Origin: Octopus sinensis
Lineage: Eukaryota
Assembly (NCBI RefSeq): GCF_006345805.1
Contig: NC_043005.1
Location: forward strand, 91,946,001-92,010,000
Length of the DNA stretch: 64,000 nt
Direction: 5' to 3'
Shown here piece after piece: positions 1-12,780 of this stretch. How positions within the stretch are numbered: position 1 is the first letter of the stretch; each line of letters begins with the position of its first letter. The notes below the pieces were generated by a model that was not told the origin of the DNA, made no database searches, and saw only the letters and a list, made by a program, of their open reading frames with translations. The translations under genes were made by a program, and so were the position numbers.

Positions 1-470
1 GGCTGCCACCAAGACTACATGGGATCCACGGGACTATCACTCAGACGTAGATGCACACTGCATCGACAACAGATTGCATTCCCAGAATACAGAATGATAC
101 CTTTTAGTGAGCACATTGAGAAATGCGAAAAGCAACTACTACCACAATTTTTAATCTTTCCATTTTACCAATGTGCTATCGGATCATCAACACAAATTAG
201 ACTAAACAAGGAAACATTCTTCATTGAAAAGTACAAGCCCAGACTTAACCATGCCAACATACTGATACAGAGAAATTCACACCAAGGGAAAGGAAAAATT
301 TTTAAGTGATTATCTCCCTTACACCGGAAGAAATCACTCATTACCTCTCCTTATTTAGAACTCTTTTGAACATAAACATAACGATAACTCTATTCAACAT
401 AAACATAACGTCGCAAGAAATTTGAAAAGCTAAACGCGAAACCGGTCTTTCTTCTAAATTATGTCATTGT
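1..470 (+). mobile_element. Penelope-like retroelement 3' end: C-terminal half of GIY-YIG endonuclease plus 3' pLTR
   Basis: Frame 1-309 reads GCHQDYMGSTGLSLRRRCTLHRQQ...IPFSEHIEKC...FPFYQC...RLNKETFFIEKYKPRLN, matching the Y-x-G-x-T...R..H / E..FI....P.LN half of PLE GIY-YIG domains. A hammerhead relic (GAAACCGGTC, 438-447) follows the stop. Confidence 0.8.
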
Positions 471-789
471 AAGGAAAAAAAAATTTTTAATATTCTTCAG
501 ACATATTGACACAAATATATATATTTTTTAACCTTTAAGCCTTCTGTAGTTTTTTCACTTTTTACTATTTTCTATATATTCAACCACGTGCTTTCACAAA
601 CCAACTTTCTTATCTATATATATACATATACATATATGTATATACATATATAGACATATATATATACATGTATATATAGACATATACAGGTATATTTATA
701 TACATATACATAAATATATATTAATAAAAGGAATTCCAACCTTGTCTGATTTTCACGTTTAATTTACAATCTTATAATGATATAAGATA

Positions 790-2340
790 ATATAATATAA
801 TAAAATAAAATAAAATAAAATAAAGTAATAGAATGTTAAATGTTCATTCTGATTGAGCTAGTACTTTCATGCATTAAATTCTGCAATCTTCAGGTTCATG
901 TAGTAGTGGTGACAGTCATGCTTCACAATTTTTGACTGTAGCGAGATGATTGAATCTGTGTAGGCTCCAGATTGCTAGGTTTTGCAAATTGTATTCTGAC
1001 CAATCAGTGTGTAGTATCACTCAATTACTTAAACTGATTGGTTGGTTGAGCTGATTGGTTTAGGCGTCACGCTTTGTTGGACATGTCAAGAGTCCTGTAT
1101 TTTAACCCTGGCCGAGGCAGCAATTGTTGGGCTATTTTTAGAAATGTTGTAAATAGCCTTTGTCAGAGATTTTTATATTTTTATATTTCAATTGTCATCA
1201 TCATCATTGTCAGCACCTTAATTATTGTTGCTAGTGGTGATGGTGGTGGTAAGAGAACTTTTAACCCTAAATAAGATAATTTTCCTGCTATCTAAGTATT
1301 ATTATTATTGCTTATTTAGCTTGGGTTTGAATTTATCAATAAAATTCTTTTCTCTGATTTTCCTCTCGATTTCACTTGGGCTGTGTAATTTGTAGAATGG
1401 AAATATTATATATATTTTCCGACCACATGTTACTAGGTGGTTACTCAAGGGTATCTGACAGACCTCTGGGTCTCTAATCTGTTGTCAGTGTACACGTGAA
1501 CGTTCTGATAGTGCATTTCCCGTCTGACCTACATATATTTCTTCACAATTTGGGCATTTGATGCAGTAAATTAAATTTCTGCTTTTGCAGTTCATATTCG
1601 CGTTTGTGAATATTTTCCCGGTTTTTGTGTTTATATATTGGCCGGTATGTATGAATTGGCATGTGCCACGATGGCTATCATTGCATTTAGATACAGTGAA
1701 TGTTTGGTCTTTGTTGCTAAGGTCAAATTTTGCCTTTGTTAGTAATTTTTTCAAGTTTTTAGGCTGTCTTTTACTAAGAACCATAGCTCGATCCGTGATT
1801 ATGTCTTTTAATTCATTACTTTGGGCAATGATTGGTAGGTTTGCTTTGGCAATGTTGAAGATATTCTGGTGACATGGGTTGTGTGTCACTATGAATGGTA
1901 TGACTTGTTCTTGTTTTCCTCTTCCTTGGGTTGTCCTAAGTTGTTGTATGGGTATTTTTATCGCCTGCTGTATACCATTTTCTATAAGTAGAGATGGGTA
2001 TTTTTGTTTGAGCAAAAATTCTCTTAGTTCTGTTAGGCGTTTGTTCCTGATATTTGCATCTTCTATAATGATACAAATTCTTCTGGCTAGGCAGTATGGG
2101 ATGTTGCGTTTTGTATGCGGTGGATGGCACAACTTAAAATTTAGGTATTGATGTGTGTCTGTGTGTTTATAGTATATATCTGTGGTGATGGTGGTGTCTT
2201 TTTTAATTACCATTATATCTAGGAATGGTAATTTGGTACTACTCATCTCCTTTGTAAATTGGAGAGATGGGTGTAGGTTGTTCAGGAGGATATTGAACTC
2301 TTCCAGAGTATTTAGAGATTCTGTCCAGATTATAAATGTA
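790..2340 (-). mobile_element. 5'-truncated Penelope-like retroelement (RT C-terminus/thumb, GIY-YIG, 3' pLTR); pseudogenised
   Basis: ORF 1485-2411(-) reads TFIIW...LNNLHPSLQFTKE...LPFLDIMV...IYYKHTDTHQYLNF..CHP (PLE RT just after the missing YIDD), then a CxxC linker and LIYCIKCPNCEEIYVGQTGN..SER.RVH (GIY-YIG). Premature TGA at 1485-1487, with homology continuing beyond it. The first ~24 aa of the ORF are microsatellite-derived. Ends in a hammerhead motif and a (TTTTA)n tail. Confidence 0.9.
854..898 (-). ncRNA. Minimal type I hammerhead ribozyme motif in the PLE 3' pLTR
   Basis: Minus strand reads tgaac CTGAAGA t tgca-gaatttaa-tgca t GAAA gtac TA gctca: intact core, 4-bp stem II, palindromic AGTACT stem III, stem I 4/5 paired. 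Confidence 0.7.
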
Positions 2341-2433
2341 TATATATACACACATACACATATATATTCATATATACATCCATATATATATATATACATA
2401 CATACATACATGTGTGTAATCTATCTATCTATC

Positions 2434-2492
<59 letters not shown>

Positions 2493-2537
2493 ATGTGTGT
2501 GTGTGTGTGTATGTGTGTGTGTTTGTATGTATACATA
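2341..2537. repeat. Compound (TA)n/(CA)n/(TG)n microsatellite
   Basis: Seen directly. Other microsatellites lie at about 615-720, 3108-3200, 4390-4420, 28036-28070, 38892-38938, 45695-45726, 49840-49892, 54885-54930 and 55428-55490. Confidence 0.95.
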
Positions 2538-3105
2538 GTGAAACAGTACAAAAGTGAAACTATTTATAATTGTTGCTCTGTCCAAAGTTTCACTTTTATT
2601 CTTCAAGTTTTGAAATGTAATATGGACCCAGTGTCAATGTTGCATTGTTTTATTTAAAAAAAATTACTTGTTCACGCTCTTGCCATCTCATAGTATTTGA
2701 CTTGATTTGATTTGGGTGAGCTGTTTGAGAATGCATTGGGAACAGACAGAGATACAAAGGATGTTCTATATATATAGATTACTTAGATGTAGTTTTGGCA
2801 AATCCAATGTAAACATGTATTTACTACAAATCTGACATGAACAAGTACTGCTGAAATTTACTACTTATTACTTAGACATCTCTCTAATGGGTTTTTTTTT
2901 TATCACCACTTTTATCATAATCTAGGTTGGATGGCTCTGTCAATTTGTATACATGCATAACATACATTTGCATAAATCATTGTTTTTTTTTTATGAGTTA
3001 GATGCTTTATCTAATGCTAAACGTTCAATTATTGTCATTTAACCTGCCCTGCTAGAAATAATAGTCAAACTATTGATCAGCACGCAGATCTAGATAAATC
3101 TTGTT

Positions 3106-3180
<75 letters not shown>

Positions 3181-4387
3181 GTATATATATATAAATATAC
3201 ATACACACAAACAAGAGATTTATGTATATGTATGTATGCATGTGTGTTGTGTGTGAGAAAACTGTGAAAGGATTGAAAATGCATTGAAGTCTTATACATA
3301 CATATATTTCTTGCTTAGTTTTATTTTTTAACATAAGGAGTAAATAGTTTTTTCTGTGTATCTCATATATGAAAGCAATAATGCAAAAATATATTTTCGT
3401 ATAATGAATGTTTTCATAGAATAGTTTTACTGAAAATATATTAGTATATGTATTCACGAGGTGAGTTTGACAAACAACATATTTAAAAGGGAGAAAGAAA
3501 AAAAAAATCACGCAACTTTACATTTTTCATATGAGAAAAGTTTTAGTGAATAAGTTTTTCTCTATGTTACAGCCAAAAGAGATTTTGTAATAGAAGAAAA
3601 ATTGTATTATAAATATATATTCTTTATATAACATGTATATATGACAACCATGTAAGTCATTTCTCTCCATGCCACTGATGTTGCCAAAGGGTGAAAACAA
3701 AGGAGTGATATAGCTTGGCACCACTGCTGTTGCTGTCAGAACATAAAGAGCTGGAATAGATACCATAAGTGATTTTGCTTGCTGTTTCAATAATTCCAGC
3801 ACCTCATTGTCCTGGAAGTGTACTTTATTTTATTAATTCCAAAAGATGAATGGCAAAGTTGACCTTAGCAAGGTTTGAACAGCTTTCAAACATCACCTGA
3901 CATTTTAGCCAATGCTTTAATGACTCTGCCAGTTCACTGCCTCACACATAGAGGATTCACTTAACATGCAGAGGATTTACCTTGCACATTGATATGATGT
4001 ATGACTTCTCATCATAACTGTTATATCTGAACTGTTATAATATTAAACATTCCTGATGTTTTCTTATTACTCTCCAACTGTGTATCTTCAACAAACACTC
4101 AATGATATCTCTGTTCAATAATTCTTACAACCTCTACGCTATGACTCTTCTCAAACTGTTCTGCGCCGGCTCATTTATACTAATTAGTAGAGTTCACTTA
4201 ACCAATCACGAGAGTGTACAGATTCCCCAAAAAACACACATAGAGGATTCACCCTACATATAGAGAAACACAGATAGAGGATTCTGTTTAACCTGTTACT
4301 CTCCCATCACTTTACTTCAGTTATTGTTTAAGTTGCTCAAATCGTTAGATAAATGTAACAAACAACAAACCTGAAATTGTTGCATAT

Positions 4388-4424
<37 letters not shown>

Positions 4425-4786
4425 CCTGTTTAAGAGTTACCAATTTATATATTGTTAAAATCTTGTGTTGCATGAAATAATGGTTTGTAAGTTCAATTCC
4501 AGTCCATGCACCTTTACATAATGAATATGTAGCTGATGGTGAACAGAGATTAAATCCTTTTAATTGTCTTATTTTAGAGGCTAATGAATAGCAGAAATAG
4601 CATAGGACTGAATTAAATACAAAGCAGTATACAGTTACAAATTTTTATGTTCTGAGTTCAAATAACATTGGAGCTGACTCTACCAGTAAAACCAAGAACT
4701 GTTCTTGGATGAATAAAATTAACTATAAATGGTGGGATGATAGAATCTTTAGAACATCAGACAAAATGCTTGTGGTATTTAGCTAT

Positions 4787-5017
4787 GGCGGTGAGCTGGC
4801 AGAAACGATAGCATACCGGGCGAAATGCATAGCCGTATTTCGTCTGCCGTTACGTTCTCAGTTCAAATTCTGCCAAGGTCAACTTTGCCTTTCGTCCTTT
4901 TGGGGTTGATAAATTAAGTACCAGTTACGCACTGGGGTCGATATAATCGACTTAATCCGTGTGTCTGTCCTTGTTTGTCCCCCCTGTGTTTAGCCCCTTG
5001 TGGGTAGTAAAGAAATA
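4787..5017 (+). mobile_element. tRNA-type SINE, family A, with target-site duplication
   Basis: GGCGGTGAGCTGGCAGAAACG...GTTCAAATTC (A/B-box-like) head and AAAGAAATA tail. TSD ggtatttagctat at 4774-4786 and 5018-5030. Four related copies in the window. Confidence 0.9.
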
Positions 5018-6874
5018 GGTATTTAGCTATGGCTATATCATGAGATCATATCCCACCAATCTCAACTTTGTTGTACATCCTTCAGAGGCTTGAAAAAACC
5101 AAATCCCAGTGTGAGGTAGATTTAGTGTTCTTATGAAGCATACCAGATTTGAATGAAATTATAAGAGTAAGAACTTCTCTGCAAATGTATGACCCTAAGC
5201 CAGAATTAGAAATCAATATTCTTGTATTCTGGTACCCACTGCACTTTTTACAAATGAAAATGAAATGGAAGAAATGTGAAGAAAATCATTTTGATTTTCA
5301 TTTCTTGTCCAATAATTAGGTACTCAGAAAATTGTTTTATAATGAATGCTTTTCTCTGAGCAATAAAAGAAATACATTTGATGTTAAGAAGTTTTTGCTT
5401 TATTATGTTATTGCCTATTCTTTGTTACTGGTTGCATTTGGCGCAATTCCTAGATTATATCATGTTTACAGAAGATCAAAAAATTTTGATCACTTCGCAG
5501 CTCCAGTAACAATGAGTACATCACTCGGGCATAGCTGACATATTAAGAGAGTTTATAGTTTCTTAGAACCATATGTCCATTTTCTGCTAAATCAGAGATG
5601 TGAAAATTTGCTTAATAGCAAATGCTATGACAGTTACTTTAGTCTTGCAATCTCTAGAAATTTCTTAGAAACATTATAGGTGTTAGATCATCACAGCATT
5701 TCTTCTGTCATTGAATGAATTTTTGATGTAGATGCCAATTAGTATTGTGCCAAGCAACAGTAGCTGGAAGCATTTGTATCTGTGTCTTAAGCCTACAAAT
5801 AAGTCCTAATAGAATGTTACCTACAAATAAGTCCGAATAAAATGTTCCCTGTGTCCATATTTTGACATACATTGTACATATTTTTTTCTGACATTTATCA
5901 TAAATGAAATATAAAACATCTATAGCTAAAACAACTTTTCCTTTCTGACTTTCTATTTCAGTTCGTTAATGAAACTATTTTTAAAAATCATCTTAAATAG
6001 ATCACAAATTCTTAAGAGTTGCTTGTTTTAATAACTTAAGTATAACAAGTACTGATACTATATTCTTTCTTTGTTCCTAATCAATTTGATTATTCAGTAT
6101 ATAGAATAAAATTAGTTAATTTCAAATTACTTTTCTGTAGCACATGGAACTAGATGCAAAAGGGTCTTGTAATTTATGTTTCCAAATTCTACTGAAATTG
6201 GCTTTTCTTTTTATTTTTCTCGAGTTGATATCAGTAAGATATTGCAAATAATAGAATGAATATCTTAATACTTTCTTCAATTCTAGGGTCAGTGAGGATG
6301 TAAAGAGCCCTGATGGAATCACTCTTTGTTTTTGGATTAGAGGCAAATGTCATGTATAGGATGCCACCATTTGCTAATCACATGTCTTTGATGCTGTGAT
6401 GAAGATGGAGGTTACTTCATCTGTATCTGAAATAAAGCACTGAAAATCTGTCCATACAGTTTTCTACCTGTGGCTTTTGAGATGTTGCAGGGTGCTGAAC
6501 TGCTGAGGAGAAAGCTTTTAACATTGTTAGCATTTCGTCTCCCTGAAGTGCCAGATGATGCTTGGGAAGATGCTTGGCTATTCCAGCACCATTACCTTGC
6601 AATCTCTCCAGGTAATGTCAAGATTATGTTGGAGTGTTTCAACAACTTTAAAGGGAAATGCAAGTTTCCTCTGTTGGTGGAGTGTGTAGGTGTCTATCTT
6701 GATTATTTATTTACTGATTTTCTTTTATTTTTTCTCCATTTCTTCCATAAATTTAAAATCCCAAATTAAATCTTGAGATAATAAATATTAGAATATTTAA
6801 AAAACGATCATTTATATTTCTAACTTATGAATCTTGATACTGTGTGTAGCTAAAGGAGATTATTATTAAACAGC

Positions 6875-7254
6875 AAAGCACCATCCGAATGTGGCCAATG
6901 CCAGCGCTGCCTTGACTGGCTTCTGTGCCGGTGGCACATGACCTGCTGTGCTTGAGGAGACCTATTGAGTCAAGTACATCAACATCAAAATAAATATCAA
7001 ATGAAAATTGTAGTTGTGATCTCTGTGCCGGTGGCGTGTAAAAAGCACCAACCGATCATGGCCGCTGCCAGCCTCCCCTGGCACCCTCCCCTGGCACCCG
7101 TGCTGGTGACATGTAAAAAGCACCCACTACACTCACGGAGTGGTTGGCGTTAGGAAGGGCATCCAGCTGTAGAAACACTGCCAGATCAGACTGGAGCCTG
7201 GTGCACGTCCAACCCGTGCTAGCACGGAAAACGGACGTTAAACGATGATGATGT
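6875..7254 (+). mobile_element. SINE or LINE-tail element with (GAT)n tail, family C
   Basis: ...GGTTGGCGTTAGGAAGGGCATCCAGCTGTAGAAAC...GGACGTTAAACGATGATGATG. Reverse copies at 30907-31170, 37825-38190 and 60290-60410; degenerate + copy at 61755-61950. Confidence 0.8.
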
Positions 7255-10200
7255 AGTCGAAACTTAATATATTTTTGATAAAAAATGAAACAAACCAAAA
7301 AAACATGTCTGCAGCAGACAGAACTTCCCAGTTTTGAACTGTGGGTGTAAATTTACAATGTTTATTTTATTTACATGGATTTATCAATGATATTTATACA
7401 CTCAGTTTTTTTTTGTTTGTTTTTGTATGTACCTGTCATGTATGTCACACTTACTTCAAAGAAAGAGGTAAAAAGGTTGAAGGGAGAGGTACAAAGAAAA
7501 AGAGAAATAAAAGGTGTTAAGCAGAGGAGGCATACTTGAAATGAGTGGCAAAGCGGGAGAGCGGGGAGGGACAGAACCAGAGGAAGTATAGTTGAAGTGA
7601 GAGGCAAAGTGGCAAACAGGGGGAAGTAAGAGAGAGAGAGAGGGGTGGTGATTAATAGTGCTGAGAGGTAAGAGAAGTATAATGTGTTAAATGCAGAAGG
7701 ACATTTAGAGGCAAAGAGACATAGAGGAAGGAGAGGGGATGGAGGGGGAAAGGAGAGAGATTTAGAGAGATAGACTGAGTGAAGGAAGAGAGTGGATAGA
7801 GAATAATAGTGAAAGATAATGAAACCATTCTCATACAGAAAACGCTGGAAAACTTTTCATTGAAAATATGGAAATTCCAAAAAGAAATGTTGCCTATCTG
7901 TCTGTCTGACAATTATTCTCTCTGTCTGCCTCTCTCTCTGACTCACACACATTATCTCCCCCCCCCCATCCCCCTCTGTCTGTCTCACTCTCAGCAAATA
8001 GCTGAGAATGTTACTGCTACTTTTCTACTGCTGAAGGGAGAGGTAAAATGTTTATCAGTATTTTCAGAGTAGACTGATGCATACATCGAAAGAAAAGTAG
8101 ATACATAGATACACACATTGTTAAATTAAAAGCAGGTGAGAGGAAGGACACAGAGGAAGTGAGAGAGAAAGTGAGAGAGACGGTAGATTCATAGATCAAA
8201 AGAAAAGTTGATACATAGATACATTGTTAAATCAAAGACAAATTACTACAGCTAATATTGGATGTCACTTTCACTTTTCATTACCACATGAGGATAAAAT
8301 TAACTCACAAGTGGCTGAGTACTCCACTGACATGCATACCATTAATGTAGTTCTCAGGGAGATTCAGCCTCACACAGAATATGACAAAGTTGACCCTTTC
8401 AATTACTGCTACAACTCATTTTGGCCAGCTGAGTGGACTGGAGCAAGATAAACCTTCTAGTGGTTGGAAGAAAAAAGATTCTATATAGGGGCAGGAAAAT
8501 CTTTTTAGTTGATAGGGTCACTATGGGTGTTAATCCGGTCCTAACAACAGCATTTCTGGGTCTCACAGATCTGGAAGCCAAGCTCCCAGATAAATACCGA
8601 TGCACAGTCTGTTATCAAATTGAGTATGAGTTCAGGGCAAAGTCACTACACGATGAAATAGCAATTATTTCGTCTTAGCTTTCACTGTTTATACTAAACA
8701 CATGACATTTTTGCATTATGATATGGAACATTTTCTTTTCATTTAGTCTTTTTTAAAAATGGCACTCAATTACTGAATCTTTTGACACCTCATATGTCAC
8801 ATATATATACTAAGACAAACACAGAGAGACATACATTCACACATGCCTCAGGCATATCTCTGTCCCTCTGTGTATGTGTTTCTCATTTTAGATGTATATG
8901 TGTATGTGTGTGTCAGTTGTCACATAAATGTATGCATACTCACACACTAATACGCTGTCACATACACTCACATACATATACTTCTCAGCCATCAGCCTAA
9001 AGTTGTAATGAACACACACACACACTCACAGATACATACACTCATATAGAAAATGTAACGTCATGGTGGTGGTGGTGGTATAAAATGTCATTTATGATAG
9101 TTGACTTACAGAAAGGTTATAATGTTAATTTTTGTAATGCAATATGTAAATGAAAATAAAGTTTATTTGGTAGCCGAAAGATTACTGAATCTTTTGATAC
9201 CCCATACCCTAATTGGCAACTAAGTTTTTGAATGCATAAGGAACATGCACACATGCACTCACACACACACTGCTTTATATATTAAGATATATACATATAT
9301 ATATATATATATATAACATACATACATACACAGAATCTTATTTGTATTCTCTAATGCAATAATCATTGTTATAGTTGCTTGAGTTTACTTTTACAATCAA
9401 TGCTTGTTGATAGGGGTTCTAAACCTGAAAGCTTTGCACATATATTGCTTACATGCCTAGAATTCCACTTGTATTACCTAACGCAATAATCTTTGCTTAA
9501 GTTTACTTTTATAATCTGTGCTTGGAGTTCTAAACCTGGAAGCTTAACAGACAATGTGTAAAATCTGTAGGTGCTACCAAGAGTGGCAGGATAAGAAATC
9601 GAGCCCAGGGCAGGAAATCCAACAAGACTGAAATTGTTTCGATATTTGAGGAAATGATATGTGCTTACTAATATTGTTCCTACTCTATATTTGGCTTCTC
9701 TATTAATAGTGCTTGCAAACTTTTAACATTTCCCTTCAATATGCAGCTTACTATTACTGCTTTGTTGCTTATAAATATGAAATCTTTCTCAATGATTTAT
9801 GTTGAAAGACTGTTTCTGTGGCTTCTTTGCAAAAATGCTTCACAAGATACACAAACTGTACACCTGGAGTTCTCAGTTTTTCTGATTTCACGGCACTCTG
9901 GAAATCAAGTGAATAAAAAGAAATAAACTAATACTACACATCACATTGAAATTTTTTGTTTTAAAAAAGTCTTTTTTAAAGTTTAAAAAAAAAAGAAAAA
10001 AACAATTTGAATGTTGCTTGCTTAGCTTGTTGTGTTAATTGTAATTGTAGAGAACAAAATTATGAATAATAACATTGTTTAAGATGTTGAAACATTAGTA
10101 TGATTTTCTAAAGCTTACAATTTTAAAAACCTGCTGTTATAATTAGATACCTCTTGCAGGGCACTAGTGTGTTTCACTTGAGAACCACTACAGTACATAC

Positions 10201-11537
10201 TAAGTTTGTTTAATATCTTTAAAATTGACTGTTAATGTTAAGTAAAACCATTGAAAAATGGATCCAGCTAAATACAAATTCATTTCCCTTCTTTTTTGAT
10301 ATTGTTGTGTTTACACATGCATAATATCTCTAAAAACTATATTGTTTTAAACCTATTATATGTAGAATATCATACTGTTTTAAGTCAGAATATCAAAATA
10401 TTTTATAATTAAATATTTTATCAGTCAATTTGATATAATATTTATTTTTTAAAATGTTTAAATAAATGTAAATGAATAAGTAAAATATTGGTAGCATTGA
10501 ACTGTGTTCTCTTTATGAAAGCTTCATGTGTTAAGTTTTTGCTTTTATAAATTTTGCATTCAGTGGGGATAAAAGCCAATAATATAAGAAAAATTATTTA
10601 GAATGTCTAAATAATTTTCCTTATATAACTGTTGTTGTCATTTGAAATTTGTTATTATTTTGAGTTTAAGATTTATAATTTACTAATGGATTAAAGGACA
10701 AATGTTTGAAATCCTTATAAGTTTTGTTCATGTGGATTTGACTGATTTTCACATATTTTAAAATTTTGGATTATAATTTAATATGCTGTGTCTGTATCCC
10801 AAAAGCATGTGCATAATACTGTATGATCAAAAATCTTGGCATGTTGTGTTCATATAAACTTTGCTTTGCTATTTGCTTGTTTTGTTGTTTTAATTTGTTG
10901 AAATTATTCATACATTTTTATTTATTTATTATTATCCTACTGCATAACTCAGAGAAAACTACTTGCTACCAGTGCAGTTATTTCCTCATTAATGAATGAT
11001 TAATTGTTAAATTTAGCATCCTCCCTACTTATACCTCTGTTACTATAATAATTTACGAGGGTCTAGTGGGCCTACAAAAAGCTATAGCTATCAAATCATT
11101 TTGTACTTCATCATATAACTTTTTTTTTTATATGGAAGTTGGGGGAAAGAAAGGAAGAAACTACTTCAGTGATGAATACAAAGCTAACTGGGAAATGACT
11201 AGAAAATTGAGAGCTTATAGTTGTGAGATTTCATAGAGAAATGATTGAATAATCACTAAGATACATAATAATACTTACAGTTACTTTGAATAAGCTTTCA
11301 TAAGCTCTGGTCAACATAACTGGCATTTCTTTGAAAAGCATCTCACTCTCAAACTGTTTTTTTTTTTGCTTGGATATTTCTGGTCTCTTCAGAGCAAGTT
11401 ATACACTTGGCTGTTTTAACACTGAACATCTGTTGTTACTCTAAAATAGCTGAAGTGCAAATTGCAACAGAGTATTCTTTTTGTAGCTGAAAGGTACTCT
11501 TCCTTCATCAATAGCATTCTAGACCTCATCAAAAAGA

Positions 11538-11601
11538 AAGCCATTTAATGGACTTGCTTAACTTTTCTGAAGAAAAGTTAAGCAAGTCCATTAAATGGCT
11601 T
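11538..11601. repeat. Perfect 64-bp palindrome (31-bp arms, 2-nt centre)
   Basis: aagccatttaatggacttgcttaacttttct GA agaaaagttaagcaagtccattaaatggctt; arms are exact reverse complements. Confidence 0.95.
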
Positions 11602-12780
11602 CTTATTATCTAGATTACAGTTACTGTGAAGCAGTGTTATTCATAGCCATACTTCTGCCATTAATACAATAGACTTTGCTTATTTTTAAAATTTACTTAC
11701 CTTTCCTCACTCATACCCTAAACTATCAGATATAATCACCTATTCATTTCTAGTTGTGTGTCTAGCCAAACATTACATGGTGTTCTTTCTGAAGAAGAAG
11801 GGCGTTGCACAGCTATTCTGTATAACTCTATTTCTTCTTATATATTCATTCCAAAGAGTATGATATGAGTATATCATAGTATACTAAGATAGCATAAATC
11901 TTATCATTCTCATTCATCCTCTCTTATTATTATGTTTAGAAAGTTCTGCTCCTTGAGTTATAGCAATTGCTTTTCTCATTAGATGTGATGAAAGATATAT
12001 AATTACAGTATATATTTCAAAAACAGCAAGTCATGAATAAACTATTTACATTAGTTTCCATCATTAGTTGCTTAAGAAAATGTTAACATGATCTGCTTAA
12101 TGATATTCTACAAAAGGGGTTTGATGGAAATCATGGAACCCAGTATGTCTACCCAAATGATAAGTATAAACTAGTGTAAAATAAATACATAAAAATTTCT
12201 GAATAAACTCAGTCATCCAGCAAAAATTGATGCATAATATTTTTGCTGTAGAGGGAAGATGTTGTTAGGGAATAATGTGGAACTAATATTAGGGCTAATA
12301 TTTTTAGATTCTAGAAAATAGAAAGGGATTAAGGGAAAACAATAGACAAAATCAGGTTAAAAAATAGGCAAAACCTAAAATATATCTCCCACATTTACAT
12401 GCTTTATTAAGTCTATCTTCTTCTAGTTCTTTATCGCTTCACTTAATCCACTATCCATTATTATCGATAATAATATACTTTATCATTGATTTAAAGAATA
12501 CTTTCACATATAATTCCCACTTTTAAGTTAAGGGTTATGCATGTCTGTGGAATGCTCAATCACTTACATGTTAATTCAAAAACAGGTAATTCAATTGATT
12601 GAACAGGTGAATCCTTATCATCAAACATTAGAGAAAAATAAACTCTCTCTCTCATAAATGGGAAAAGTATATATATATATATAAAAGAAATGATTGCAAT
12701 TCAGTTGAATTAGGTACTTAAGTTGAAGCACCAAGTCAGCCTGGTATGATCCACACAGCTTGAAGGCAAACAAAATCAAA

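Noticed and set aside
2182-3511. ORFs rich in YI/CV/HT dipeptides (also 49749-50070 and 54793-55047)
   Set aside because: Translations of (TA)n/(TG)n microsatellites.
6250-6700. GC-richer segment with ORFs on both strands
   Set aside because: Minus-strand frames look like a decayed retroelement ORF with many stops, but I could not assign a family or splice sites.
8433-8678. 81-aa ORF with CTVC (possible zinc finger or Slp N-terminal exon)
   Set aside because: It starts in a SINE-like tail, has only one CxxC, and lacks an SHD motif or convincing splice sites.
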